The translations under genes and the position numbers were made by a program. Source: Giardia intestinalis (lineage: Eukaryota). From it: DNA of 64,000 bases. Shown here piece by piece: positions 38,847 to 48,676 of the stretch (positions within the stretch are counted from its first letter, which is position 1; each line of letters starts with the position of its first letter). The notes beneath the pieces were generated by a model. It saw only the letters and a program-made list of their open reading frames with translations, was not told the origin of the DNA and made no database searches. The stretch is taken from NCBI GenBank assembly GCA_000002435.2, contig CM018791.1; one strand, written 5' to 3'.

Positions 38847-40472
38847 TCAGAGGGAGGCGTGTGCGGGAGTAAATACGCGGTACTCTCGGATGAGCTCTAG
38901 GCTTGTGCTTGGGCCTATTAAGTCGCGTATGTTAGAAATCTCATGAACGATCATGGTTGGCCTCTCTAGGCTAAGGCCCCAAGCCAGGACTTGCACATCT
39001 TCGGGGAGGCCAAGGGGCAGGAGCACTTCCGGCCGGAAGAGTCCAGAGTTACCCACCTCTACCCAGCGTTTTAGCTGGGGGTGAAATGCAAAAATTTCCA
39101 TGGACGGTGCCGTGTAGGGGTTGTAGGTTGCCTTAAACTTGAGCTGAGTCATCCCAAGGCGAGCAAAGAAGGCACGGAGAGTCGCGATAAGGTTTCCAAG
39201 GGTCAGATTCCGGTCAATAACCATTCCTTCCACCTGGTTAAACTCACAAAGGTGGGTGGCATCAAGTGTCTCGTTGCGATAAACCCTGTCAATAGAGAAG
39301 AAGCGGCGTGGTCTAAACTCGCCCGTTTTCTGATAATGCTGACCTATTTCATAAAGCACACGGGCTGAGACGGCAGTAGTGTGCGTGCGGAGAACGTTCC
39401 TAAGAGCCTCTGATACCTTCCAGACATATCTGTATCCCTTGGAGCGCATAGCCTCTCCTCCGCTTTCGTGTGCCGTCCTGATCCGCTCTACAAGCTCAGC
39501 ATCGAGAGAGTCTCTCCTGGTTTGAGAGTACTGTCCGCCTACAAAGAACGTGTCTTGTGAGTCTCTAGCAGGGTGGCTTTGTGGCTGAAAGAGAGCGTCA
39601 AAGTTCCAGAAGCTAGATTCAACCAGCTTTGGTGTCTTCATCTGCTCAAAACCCATTCCAACAAACGCCTCGACGAATAGTCTTCGCATTTCCATCAGCG
39701 GGTGGAAGGCACCTGCATGAGGCACCGAGCCAAGAGACTCGAAATTCAGGGGCTTAATACTAAAGCCAAATGACGGTGTTCCCGCTTTGGCTGCAGCTTC
39801 GGTCGAAGGATTGTTTAAAAAGTGCTGCCTTACCATTTCAATGGTCAAGTCCGGGCTAAGCTTCTTCATACCCGCTTCGTATTTCTCTCCTTTTGAGATG
39901 ACAAAGTGCTTGAGCTCTGCAGTGGTGACGAGCTTCCGTTGCTTCAGTTGCTTGAAGAGGTCATCGTCAATCTTCTCTTGAACGAGGTCAGTTGTCCCAG
40001 GGATGACAAGACCATATAGCAGGGCCTGCGTGTCATCAGAGATGTCTGCCAAAGGAAGACATAGTTCGTAGCCGGGATCGGGGTCCTTCTTACCACTGCT
40101 AATTATCCGTATCCATTTAGCACGCATGCAGCCAGCCACTCCGACCATAAAGTCTCCCTCACTGAAGTATTTAGAGAGCTCACTTTTCTTGACAAGGCCT
40201 CCTTGACCTTGCGGGTGAGAAGTGGCAAGATCATTCAGCTTTGACGCAAGACGATACTCGTAAGATCCTCCTTGGAGAGTGGCCACTCCGTCTTTGGTCA
40301 AGACGATACAGGTCGTCTTTATGAGCTCCGTCTTCAGCACCTCATTAGCCTCCAGTGACTTCATCCAGGAGATCAGCTCTCCGTGCGGCACACTAAGAGC
40401 CTCTGCGGCAGCCTTACACGTTATGCTTTTCCGGTCTCGAAGAAGCTCATAGAGCGAGCAGGCAGTGGCCAT
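38847..40472 (-). CDS. FARSA: Phenylalanine--tRNA ligase alpha subunit (cytoplasmic PheRS alpha)
   Basis: Class II aaRS core with the PheRS-alpha-specific stretch GNSGLFRPEVLLPLGLPEDVQVLAWGLSLERPTMI, plus FFSIDRVYRNE (motif 2 region). Confidence 0.9.
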   Translation of the reverse strand: MATACSLYELLRDRKSITCKAAAEALSVPHGELISWMKSLEANEVLKTELIKTTCIVLTKDGVATLQGGSYEYRLASKLNDLATSHPQGQGGLVKKSELSKYFSEGDFMVGVAGCMRAKWIRIISSGKKDPDPGYELCLPLADISDDTQALLYGLVIPGTTDLVQEKIDDDLFKQLKQRKLVTTAELKHFVISKGEKYEAGMKKLSPDLTIEMVRQHFLNNPSTEAAAKAGTPSFGFSIKPLNFESLGSVPHAGAFHPLMEMRRLFVEAFVGMGFEQMKTPKLVESSFWNFDALFQPQSHPARDSQDTFFVGGQYSQTRRDSLDAELVERIRTAHESGGEAMRSKGYRYVWKVSEALRNVLRTHTTAVSARVLYEIGQHYQKTGEFRPRRFFSIDRVYRNETLDATHLCEFNQVEGMVIDRNLTLGNLIATLRAFFARLGMTQLKFKATYNPYTAPSMEIFAFHPQLKRWVEVGNSGLFRPEVLLPLGLPEDVQVLAWGLSLERPTMIVHEISNIRDLIGPSTSLELIREYRVFTPAHASL

Positions 40473-40474
40473 TT

Positions 40475-41143
40475 TTATTTGATTTTCGAGACCCTAGATC
40501 CATGAGAGCTTGAGGCCTTAAAGTGCACCCTCAGGGACACAACACCTTCTGGCGAAGAAGTACCAAGCTGGTTCTTGCTAACATAATGCCTTTGCTCTAT
40601 GTACCCCGAAGGGCTTCTTGCCCGAGAGCCAGTTCGGAAACCGAGAGCTGACTTACTCGGTTGTGGAGAGTTTACCTGTAGAGGAATAATGGTACGCTGG
40701 GGATCGCGAAGGGCCTTGCCACTCGTTGGGCGCAACTGAGGATTGTTGTAGTTACTTCTACCCACTTTAGGCGTACTTCCAGAGTACATGCTAGGTAGGC
40801 GAGAGACAGAGTCGGCCGCAAGACTGTATATTCTGCTATCGTCGACAGACAGGTTGAACTGCGAAGCAAGCCTTATTAGGAACCGTTCATATTCCGCCGG
40901 GTTTTCGCGTACCCACGTCTCTAGCCTATGGCAGTAGGAGTCCGTAATGCGGTGGAAGGAGTCAAGACATGAAAGGATCTCTTGTTGTTGCAGAGACGCC
41001 AGTTCGTGCATCTGCGCCCTATCTGCGGGACCAAGAAACCGAGAAGAATAGCGAACGGGCCCGTCTGAATATTGACCATTTACGTACGTTAAGGAGTAAG
41101 AATCTGATGGAGACTGGACATACTTTGGAATCGTTAAGGGCAT
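40475..41143 (-). CDS. Hypothetical protein
   Basis: 222-aa ORF with ATG in the context tctaaaaagtaaagcATG. Its stop lies 3 bp from the PheRS start. No recognised domains. Confidence 0.45.
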   Translation of the reverse strand: MPLTIPKYVQSPSDSYSLTYVNGQYSDGPVRYSSRFLGPADRAQMHELASLQQQEILSCLDSFHRITDSYCHRLETWVRENPAEYERFLIRLASQFNLSVDDSRIYSLAADSVSRLPSMYSGSTPKVGRSNYNNPQLRPTSGKALRDPQRTIIPLQVNSPQPSKSALGFRTGSRARSPSGYIEQRHYVSKNQLGTSSPEGVVSLRVHFKASSSHGSRVSKIK

Positions 41144-41201
41144 GCTTTACTTTTTAGATCCAACCAGACGTTATGTGGTAGACCGCTTGTACAAAGAAGT
41201 T

Positions 41202-41687
41202 CTATTGCTTAGATGACTTGGTAGGTGCAAACTCTGGATGGGGCGGCTTCCAAATCTTGACCCAGAGTTCCTTAAATTTGTCACGCCAAATCCCTGCGAG
41301 ACTATCGAACGTGGGCAGCTGGATAGCATTTCTGTTCTTTGTTATTAACCGATATATCTGAGTAGATCCATTACCCAGTGCAATCCAGAGCAGAGCTGCC
41401 AGCTTTAGGATCTCATATAAAGGCAGCCATTGGAGCAGAGGATCAACTAGATATTCTAGAATACTAAATATAGATAAAATAACCCAATAGGAAAGGTTCC
41501 CTGCGAGAGTGCGAACCATGGAGTCAGGGAGAACAACCTGGTCCAGATAAAAATCGGTGCAGACGATGGTACGGACGGGTGGCACGGTGTTCTGGAGCAC
41601 AGTGTGTAAACGGTATGCTGGGAAAAGATAGCAGCAGATTACTCTTACTAGGCTGCAGAGAGGGGCCCGTACATTGCCAACGTACAT
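41202..41687 (-). CDS. TB2/DP1/HVA22 (REEP/Yop1) family membrane protein
   Basis: The stretch WLPLYEILKLAALLWIALGNGSTQIYRLI matches the family signature (P.YY..K..FL.WL.LP...GA..LY). Hydrophobic hairpin segments are present. Confidence 0.7.
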   Translation of the reverse strand: MYVGNVRAPLCSLVRVICCYLFPAYRLHTVLQNTVPPVRTIVCTDFYLDQVVLPDSMVRTLAGNLSYWVILSIFSILEYLVDPLLQWLPLYEILKLAALLWIALGNGSTQIYRLITKNRNAIQLPTFDSLAGIWRDKFKELWVKIWKPPHPEFAPTKSSKQ

Positions 41688-41705
41688 GCAGTTTTTTTAC
41701 CAAAG

Positions 41706-42038
41706 ATGACAGACCAAATTCTTGCTGCAACCGTCATTCAGGCAGCTTTTCGGGGACATCGCTGCCGAAATGACATCATGGGTCTTTGGAATGATTGGTT
41801 GGATCAGGTGCGGGCCATCGAAAAGGACGCTGCTCTTTGTTTTGGACATCACCTGCCTTTGCTTGCTAACCGTCAGCCAGACCAGTCTAGATCGGGATCC
41901 CTAGAATTTGCCTCAAACAGCTGCAAGATTTACTCATATGGAGAGTCCCCCTATGCTTGTTCTGTGCATAGGCCCGACAAAATCCCTCCTAACTCTATCA
42001 TTGGCCCTTCGCTTTCTTTACCAGCTACGCAGAAGTAG
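41706..42038 (+). CDS. Possible small IQ-motif protein
   Basis: 110-aa ORF with ATG in the context tttttaccaaagATG. The N-terminal IQAAFRGHRCR fits the IQxxxRGxxxR calmodulin-binding motif. Its start is only 18 bp from the divergent REEP-like start. Short, so coding status is uncertain. Confidence 0.35.
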   Translation: MTDQILAATVIQAAFRGHRCRNDIMGLWNDWLDQVRAIEKDAALCFGHHLPLLANRQPDQSRSGSLEFASNSCKIYSYGESPYACSVHRPDKIPPNSIIGPSLSLPATQK

Positions 42039-42268
42039 GAGACATTAGCTAATCCATTAGAATGGAGCTCTAGTGAGACCCTTGAAAACTTGAGTCCGAA
42101 GATTTTGAATTTGGAATCAAGAGTTAAGAGTTTGCCTTCTGCCGAGTGCTTATCATCAGTAGAGGGTTAGTGATGACCGAGCATAAAAGTCCTTTTATCC
42201 GCTAGTCCTTTCCTTGATGATTTTTGGTTTTTCATGTTCTTTTCTAAAATTCTGCTAGTGGCTCCTCT

Positions 42269-42826
42269 ATGCCTCCGCCGCCGATCAGTAACAAGCCTCT
42301 GGTCGTTCGGCTCAAGGTTACCACTGCTGGTATGTCACAAGTGGGAAAGTCCTGCCTTATTAAATACTATTGCGAGGGGCGCTTTGTCAAGAAGTACCTC
42401 CCCACGATAGGAGTTGATTACGGGGTGCGGGCGCTTGATCTCGAAGGATGTACAGTGCGGATTAACTTCTTCGATCTGTCTGGGCTTGATGAGTATCAGG
42501 ACATTCGGAAGGAGTTCTACTCTGACACTCAGGGGTTGCTTCTTATTTTTGATATGTCCAATCGGGATTCGTTCACTGCCCTAGAAAAGTACTACGGCGA
42601 ATTCATCAAATCGTCAACGGGAGCTGGAGCAGGAGCAGGGAGTGTTTCTATTTACGTGATTGGCACTAAAGCTGATCTGCCAGCAGCCGTCTCTGTCGAC
42701 GAGGCAACAACGTATGCCTCCCGACTGAAGGGGGTCTTCTTTAAGGTTAGCAGTTGTACCGGTGATGGAGTAGCGCCTGCATTAAACACAATCTTCAAGC
42801 AACTCTTTTCGAAGGCAAAGGCGTAA
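42269..42826 (+). CDS. Atypical Rab-like small GTPase
   Basis: P-loop GMSQVGKS. The switch region has a Rab-like TIGVDYGV. G3 is the non-canonical FFDLSGLDEY instead of WDTAGQE. G4-like IGTKADL. 185 aa. IFT27/RabL-type relatives carry similarly altered G3 motifs. Confidence 0.7.
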   Translation: MPPPPISNKPLVVRLKVTTAGMSQVGKSCLIKYYCEGRFVKKYLPTIGVDYGVRALDLEGCTVRINFFDLSGLDEYQDIRKEFYSDTQGLLLIFDMSNRDSFTALEKYYGEFIKSSTGAGAGAGSVSIYVIGTKADLPAAVSVDEATTYASRLKGVFFKVSSCTGDGVAPALNTIFKQLFSKAKA

Positions 42827-42875
42827 TCAATCATGACAAGAAAGATCAAAACTATGCGAAACGGCATCATCAAAT

Positions 42876-45800
42876 TTACAAGTATGTGAAAGCAGCATCG
42901 TCCTCAATGCCCAGTCTCTTCTTATAACTAGTTATCTCCGCATCCTTCGCACTAAGTATCTCGTAAAGGCTCTTTATCTGTTCATTAAGATCTTTGTGCG
43001 TATAGTCATCCATCATCCGGCTGGCTCTGCGACTATGATCTTCCGACGCCTGATCGTTGCGCTGCTGCATCTGTTCTATCTCCCTCTTGGCGTCCGTAAG
43101 TTGAGTTTCGAGATCAACTATCTTGGCACGCAGCTCAGTGGCTTCATTTTGAAGCCTCCTCAGATCTCCTCTGAGTGTGTCTATCTCTTGAGACTTGCTG
43201 TCGATGACGTAGTTTTTGCCGGCTAGTTCTTCCTCAAGCTTCTGAATCCGCTCTTCAAAGCGAGCACGCTCCTCCTCACCCGCCTGTCCATCTGCTGCGC
43301 TGGTATCATTATAGTTGGTGAGAATCAGGGCATTGTTTCCATCGGCAGAGTCGCTTGTCTTCATTTTATTAGTCATCGGGTTGGACAGAAGCGTTCTGAC
43401 AATGTCTTCTTGCCGTTCAAGAGCCTCCTTGAGCTTCAGGACCTCTGCCTGCTTCTCCTTCAGAAGTGTGCGGATATGAGTGAAGCTGGCTTCTTGCGTC
43501 TTGATGCTGTTCACCAGGTTCTTGATGATTTCGTTGTTAGTTGCCGATGGTGGTATTTCGATAATTGTTGACAGCTGTGGGACTTCGTTTCCTGCATTGT
43601 CAACGATTTGTTTGTTAAGGCGCTCAATGGTATGCGTCAATCTAACAATCTCGTGATCCCTCTCGCTAAGCTCGAGTTTGAGATTATTGATCTCTGTTGC
43701 AAGCGTGGAAGATGCAACCGAGGTAGTCATGACGCTCTGAACTGTTGCAGACTTGACGAGGTTCTCTTCTGTCAGCTGGATGACGAGGTTTTGAAGCTTC
43801 TGCTTGTCTTGTGTAAGCTCTTCTATCTGGTTATTTTGATTGTCGATTGCAGTGTTTGCTGCAATGTTCTTTGTTTTCAGCGCTTCAAGAGACTCCGTCA
43901 GCTCCTGGACCTTTGAGTTAGAGCTATTTAATTCTGTGTTCAAACGTTGGATTTCCTCCAAGTCTGCAGAGGACCGCGCGTACACAGACTCTGTGGCGTT
44001 CTCATAAACAAAGGCATTGCTACCACATGTATTGGCTAAGTTATTAGAACTAACCGCTGAGGCTGACACATGGACGGCAGCTCCCTCGCAAAGCACCTGT
44101 AGGCGTTTTATCTCTGCGTTCTTTGCAATCAGCAGTTGCTCATAATCAATACCAGGGGTACATTGGACACCGTAGACCGGCTGCTCTGCAATCCCCGACT
44201 CTACAACACAAGTCATGTGTTCAGCTTCCGACATCCCTTGAGGATCTGGTATCTTGTGAATCTCCTGGTCTTCCTCTGACTTTAGTGTAGATATATGCTC
44301 CACTACTGTTGGCTCTATAGCGACATGGCCTGGAGCCGTCTGGGTTTCTCGGTGAGACGATTCTGGTCTTTCTTCTGTAACAGTCTCCCTGGAGTTGCCA
44401 GAATTCAACAACGAAACTATGTCACTAAGCTCCTTTATCTGTCTGTCCCGATCAGCAAGCAAGTTATAGAAGTAGTCATCATCTGCAGACGCGGGCTGTA
44501 GTTGCCCATCCGCGAACGCCTTGTATTCTGCAAACTGTTTCTCGAGAGACTCGTATTTATCTTGAACAAGACGCATATCATGGGAGATATCTGAAACTCG
44601 TTGCTCACCATGGTCGCGAGCCGTCTTAAGCGCCTCCTGAAGCCCTGCTATCTGTTCGTCTTTCTCGAGGAGAACAGTGGATATCTCTACCCCGTTAATC
44701 TTTCCGGTGCAGCCTTGCGCGTCCACGTTCTGCTTAATAGCTGCTATGCTAAGCTGGTAAGCCTGCACAAGAAGGTCCATATAGCGCACCAAGAAAACCA
44801 GTTCTGCGTTCTTCCGTTGAGCGACAAGCTGCAGCTCATAAAGGCGTTTCTGATCAGTGACTGAAAAGCGATCATAGAGCTCCATGACCTTATCTGTCTT
44901 TCGCATGCACAGACGAAGATCGGCTATGTTTATGTGCGCCATCTCTATGTCCTTGTAACAGTCATCCATGCTGTTCATGTTTGTTTCATGCTGCTCGGCA
45001 ACCAGCTCAATAATACGCTCTGAAAGCATATTGTATGCTTCGTCCTCACCATACCCAGATATGACAACTGTAGGAAGACCTTGCAGACCCTCCCCAAGCA
45101 GCTTCAGCTTCTTAGCCACCGTGACAAGGGTCAGAGGCTCAGAAGCATCTTCTTGAAGCATCTTCTCGAGTAGATCAACGTTATCCGACGAAGTTCCTAT
45201 GGAGAAGAGCCTAGAGTGGAGAGTGCTCTGATACTCTGCATCGGGGTTGTCACTGGGCTCAAAACTATCTCCCCCGTCACTATGTGAATACTCATTCACG
45301 ATGCTGGAGCCATCCCTTTGGGAATCTGCGTGCTGTGCGTATTCAGTTGTTACTATCGTGATCTGCTCCAGCGCACGATTTATGATGCTCTGTAAATGGG
45401 TTGTGAGCGCGGGGAGACGCGTCCACGCAGACTGTATAGCAATCTCCGTCCCAATCGACTGCAACAGGCTTGCACTGAGACCAGGCTCTACATCGCCGCC
45501 ATCTGGTCCAGGTTCTGCCTCAAGAGAGATGATTGCAGGCGGAGAGATCTCATACTCCAGGCACTTTTTCTTAAGCTTCTCGTTTTCTACTTCCAACGCT
45601 ATTATCAGTTCAACCATATCGTCGTACACCTTCGCTTGTGAAACGCCCGCCTTGAGCCCACCGATATCAATAGCAGCATTAGCAAAGCCCATGACGAGAT
45701 CGTCAGTGAGCGGAACTGTCGTTGAGGAGAGCTGCGTATTCTGTTCCGGCCCTTGACCAGCACACTTGACGGCGTCGACGTTCAAAAGCGAATCGCGCAA

Positions 45801-47663
45801 TCTCTCTGTCTCGGCCTCGGCCTCTATGATCTCCTGGTGATAGACCGCAACTGTCTCGTTGGCATCTGACAGTGTTTTTTGAGCAGTCAAAAGCTGGCTC
45901 TCCAATGACACAATCCGATCTTGGAGATGCTGGATCATTCGTTCAGTGTCATTGATAACGTGGATATCGGTTAGCACTGCTGTTCCATGGCCTTGTGGAG
46001 CGACTTCCTTAACCATGGCCTGATCCTTAATGGCACGGACCTGACTTGTCAGGCTGGCGTTCGCAATCTTTAACTCATACATGTCTGAAACCTCATCCTG
46101 TAAGACGGCGAGAGTTTGGTATGCATATTCGGTCGCCAATCTCTCCTCCCAAAGCTGCTTGGAAGCACCATCAAAAGCTACGTACATATCGTCAAGCTCA
46201 CAGCGTAACTCGGCAACGGTCTTGTGAAGTTGCTCGTCAACGGAGACCGTCGGCACAAGAAGATCTTGGGGAAATGGAAAAGATGAGGGCGCGGATACAG
46301 TAGAACATTCTAACACAAGACTTTGAAGCCGGTGAATCTCAGCATCTTTTGCAAGCAGGAGACTTGTGAAATCTAAAGCAGAGACGGACGATGTCTCTCG
46401 AAGAGAGCCTCTAAGTTCTTCAACTTGTACATTCAAGCTATCAATGAGCCTCTGCTTCTCAGCTAGCTCACTGTCCTTCTGGCTAATTATATTGTTAAGG
46501 AGGAGGATCTCTGCTGAGTTGTCAGCTTTATCAGCCAAGAACTCGCTGGCGGGCTCCTGAATTGGCGCTAGGTCAATAATAAGGGGCTCGTGGGGTCCCA
46601 GATTTGCAGTATGGATATCAGCTGTCACTTGAGCATCGTCTAGATGCACAGTACCTGCCGGTTCAAGACCGGTCAAAGAGTCAGAAGCATCAATACTGGA
46701 CTCGGCTGCAGCCATCAGCTCTAACAACTGCTCCATGAGGCTATCTTTGCATTCTATGCAAAGAGAAATACTAACAAAACCTTTCTCTTCAGGGACACAG
46801 GTGGCTATAATGCTGGAAATCTCGCGACATTCCTCTATGCACTTTGAATACTTACGTTCAGCAAAAAGACACTTAGCAGCAGCCATGCGGCCGGCGACAG
46901 TTAGGATGTGAGGCTTAAGAGCAGCAAGCTCTGCAAGCTCTGTGAAGCAGTCCATCCCCGATGCTACAAAGATGGGTGCAGCATCGCCATAGTGCTTGGA
47001 GGCGTTGAGCAGCATGCGAAGATTGTCCTGTAAGGAAGAGTCCGAAAGAAGCCATGTTGTGTTGTGTGAAATGAAATTTGTGGAGGAGAGCTCCATCATC
47101 TGAGCACTAATAAATGAGATGAATGCACCAAGTAGTTCGGACGTCATACAGATGGTCGCTGCGTCGTCTGCAGTCCCAGTTGGGAGAGGAGAGCCCAAAG
47201 AAGCAAGCATGTCAGAGTACTGTATAGCTTCCTGAAGGCAGGCCTGAGCCTTTGCAAATAACTGCGGAGCAAACGTATAATCCTGGCAAGCCACCGCACT
47301 AGCTAAGGCGGCCGATGCATAGAGAGATAGGATAAGCTCAGCAGGCACAGACGAGGCTGTAAATAGGATCGACCCACTTGGCGCGCTGATAAGCCAACTA
47401 GAGAGCTCATCTCCCTCCGCTGCAGAAACGCCGGAGCCTAGAAGCGGGCGGAGCTGTTCCGAATATGCACAGCAAAAGTCAAGGGATTCAGAGGGGCAAA
47501 TGTTTTCTTGCTGCTTGATGATGCCCCGAGACGCCGCAAGGGATCCGAGCAGGTCCTCATCGAACTGAAGAGCCTCAGCAGCCCGTTGCAACCACGGGGG
47601 AAGAGACGGCCTATCCGATACCGTCGCTGCGGGGAGGGGTATTGGGGTTACCACGTAGCGCAT
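42876..47663 (-). CDS. Large coiled-coil protein, hypothetical
   Basis: The ORF stays open up to the ATG at 47933 (1685 aa). The internal ATG at 47663, in the context caaaaaaATG, avoids overlap with the plus-strand ORF and gives 1595 aa. Long heptad-repeat regions throughout. Confidence 0.6.
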   Translation of the reverse strand: MRYVVTPIPLPAATVSDRPSLPPWLQRAAEALQFDEDLLGSLAASRGIIKQQENICPSESLDFCCAYSEQLRPLLGSGVSAAEGDELSSWLISAPSGSILFTASSVPAELILSLYASAALASAVACQDYTFAPQLFAKAQACLQEAIQYSDMLASLGSPLPTGTADDAATICMTSELLGAFISFISAQMMELSSTNFISHNTTWLLSDSSLQDNLRMLLNASKHYGDAAPIFVASGMDCFTELAELAALKPHILTVAGRMAAAKCLFAERKYSKCIEECREISSIIATCVPEEKGFVSISLCIECKDSLMEQLLELMAAAESSIDASDSLTGLEPAGTVHLDDAQVTADIHTANLGPHEPLIIDLAPIQEPASEFLADKADNSAEILLLNNIISQKDSELAEKQRLIDSLNVQVEELRGSLRETSSVSALDFTSLLLAKDAEIHRLQSLVLECSTVSAPSSFPFPQDLLVPTVSVDEQLHKTVAELRCELDDMYVAFDGASKQLWEERLATEYAYQTLAVLQDEVSDMYELKIANASLTSQVRAIKDQAMVKEVAPQGHGTAVLTDIHVINDTERMIQHLQDRIVSLESQLLTAQKTLSDANETVAVYHQEIIEAEAETERLRDSLLNVDAVKCAGQGPEQNTQLSSTTVPLTDDLVMGFANAAIDIGGLKAGVSQAKVYDDMVELIIALEVENEKLKKKCLEYEISPPAIISLEAEPGPDGGDVEPGLSASLLQSIGTEIAIQSAWTRLPALTTHLQSIINRALEQITIVTTEYAQHADSQRDGSSIVNEYSHSDGGDSFEPSDNPDAEYQSTLHSRLFSIGTSSDNVDLLEKMLQEDASEPLTLVTVAKKLKLLGEGLQGLPTVVISGYGEDEAYNMLSERIIELVAEQHETNMNSMDDCYKDIEMAHINIADLRLCMRKTDKVMELYDRFSVTDQKRLYELQLVAQRKNAELVFLVRYMDLLVQAYQLSIAAIKQNVDAQGCTGKINGVEISTVLLEKDEQIAGLQEALKTARDHGEQRVSDISHDMRLVQDKYESLEKQFAEYKAFADGQLQPASADDDYFYNLLADRDRQIKELSDIVSLLNSGNSRETVTEERPESSHRETQTAPGHVAIEPTVVEHISTLKSEEDQEIHKIPDPQGMSEAEHMTCVVESGIAEQPVYGVQCTPGIDYEQLLIAKNAEIKRLQVLCEGAAVHVSASAVSSNNLANTCGSNAFVYENATESVYARSSADLEEIQRLNTELNSSNSKVQELTESLEALKTKNIAANTAIDNQNNQIEELTQDKQKLQNLVIQLTEENLVKSATVQSVMTTSVASSTLATEINNLKLELSERDHEIVRLTHTIERLNKQIVDNAGNEVPQLSTIIEIPPSATNNEIIKNLVNSIKTQEASFTHIRTLLKEKQAEVLKLKEALERQEDIVRTLLSNPMTNKMKTSDSADGNNALILTNYNDTSAADGQAGEEERARFEERIQKLEEELAGKNYVIDSKSQEIDTLRGDLRRLQNEATELRAKIVDLETQLTDAKREIEQMQQRNDQASEDHSRRASRMMDDYTHKDLNEQIKSLYEILSAKDAEITSYKKRLGIEDDAAFTYL

Positions 47664-47731
47664 TTTTTTGAGTGGTTTTATTTTTTGAGGCTGCCACAGG
47701 TTTTTTGAGATACGATTTGGGTGCGAATGCC

Positions 47732-48664
47732 ATGAGTCATCGCACGGAAGCCTATGGTCGCACACACTTAGCAGACTCGTCACCTTCTTTATCCCGTGTT
47801 CTCTTTGTTCATACTGGGGCCCGCTCTGCTCGTCCAGATAACCAGGGGATTCTGTTCGACCTCCTCGGGGATCTTTCCACTCGGTTTCACAGACGCAGAA
47901 CAGGGTCTCAATCAGATCTAGTGCAGGATACATGCGAACTTGCAGCCACTCTGGAAGAGTCCGGTCTCGTTGGTGCGGGACAAGGGGATGAAAATCATGT
48001 ATGCCTCGGCCTATGTGATATTCATGCTGGCACCACGCAGTATGCAGCTCTGCTGGTCACTTCTGTTCGTGCCCCGTCTAGAGCCATTCCTCTTCTGATG
48101 AAGGATCAAGATGTCTCTCCCGTGTTAGTTGGGTTGGAGGCCGACAAGTATTGTCAAGCATTGGGATTCACTGCTGAGCACGTTCCAACAACCGATCTCG
48201 CTAGGACAGTTTCAAGCAGTTTAACGGATACTATTGGTCTAATTGCATTTGATCCGGCAGCTGGACTGCTTCTTGGATTAACCTCATCGGCTAGGCCAGG
48301 TACTGCTAACAGAGGACGGGTACCCCCCAGCTGCCTTCCCTGTGTGGGCCTGAAGATCCAATCAGACAGCTGCCACTTGTGCGGCCTCTGTACGGGCTTT
48401 ACAGATAGTTTGCTTCTGGGCTATGCCTCAGTTGAGGACATGCTACGCCGAATCCCTTTCTCTAGCGGTCTTCAAAGTAACATTCCGCCGAGTCCTTTGC
48501 CAGCCATTAATCCGCATGTTGATTTCTTTGGCTTAGCTGTTGGACCCTTATCTGGGACACGCTTTTCGTCACAACTTTTTACCTCATGTGCACTTGGAGG
48601 TGAAGCATTCATTTACTCGTGGGGCTCTGCTGCTGATGCGACAATACTATCTATGGTGCCATAG
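47732..48664 (+). CDS. Hypothetical protein (first ATG of the 330-aa ORF)
   Basis: The ORF-track start at 47672 is GTG; the first ATG is at 47732. The ORF exactly fills the gap between the two flanking minus-strand genes. Cys/Gly/Leu-rich, no known domain. Confidence 0.35.
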   Translation: MSHRTEAYGRTHLADSSPSLSRVLFVHTGARSARPDNQGILFDLLGDLSTRFHRRRTGSQSDLVQDTCELAATLEESGLVGAGQGDENHVCLGLCDIHAGTTQYAALLVTSVRAPSRAIPLLMKDQDVSPVLVGLEADKYCQALGFTAEHVPTTDLARTVSSSLTDTIGLIAFDPAAGLLLGLTSSARPGTANRGRVPPSCLPCVGLKIQSDSCHLCGLCTGFTDSLLLGYASVEDMLRRIPFSSGLQSNIPPSPLPAINPHVDFFGLAVGPLSGTRFSSQLFTSCALGGEAFIYSWGSAADATILSMVP

Positions 48665-48676
48665 CATTGATATGCA

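Noticed and set aside
42039-42268. UGAUGA-like boxes (gtgatgacc, ttgatgatt) upstream of the Rab-like gene as a possible snoRNA
   Set aside because: No matching D box (CUGA) sits in a sensible position. It is more likely ordinary AT-rich promoter sequence.
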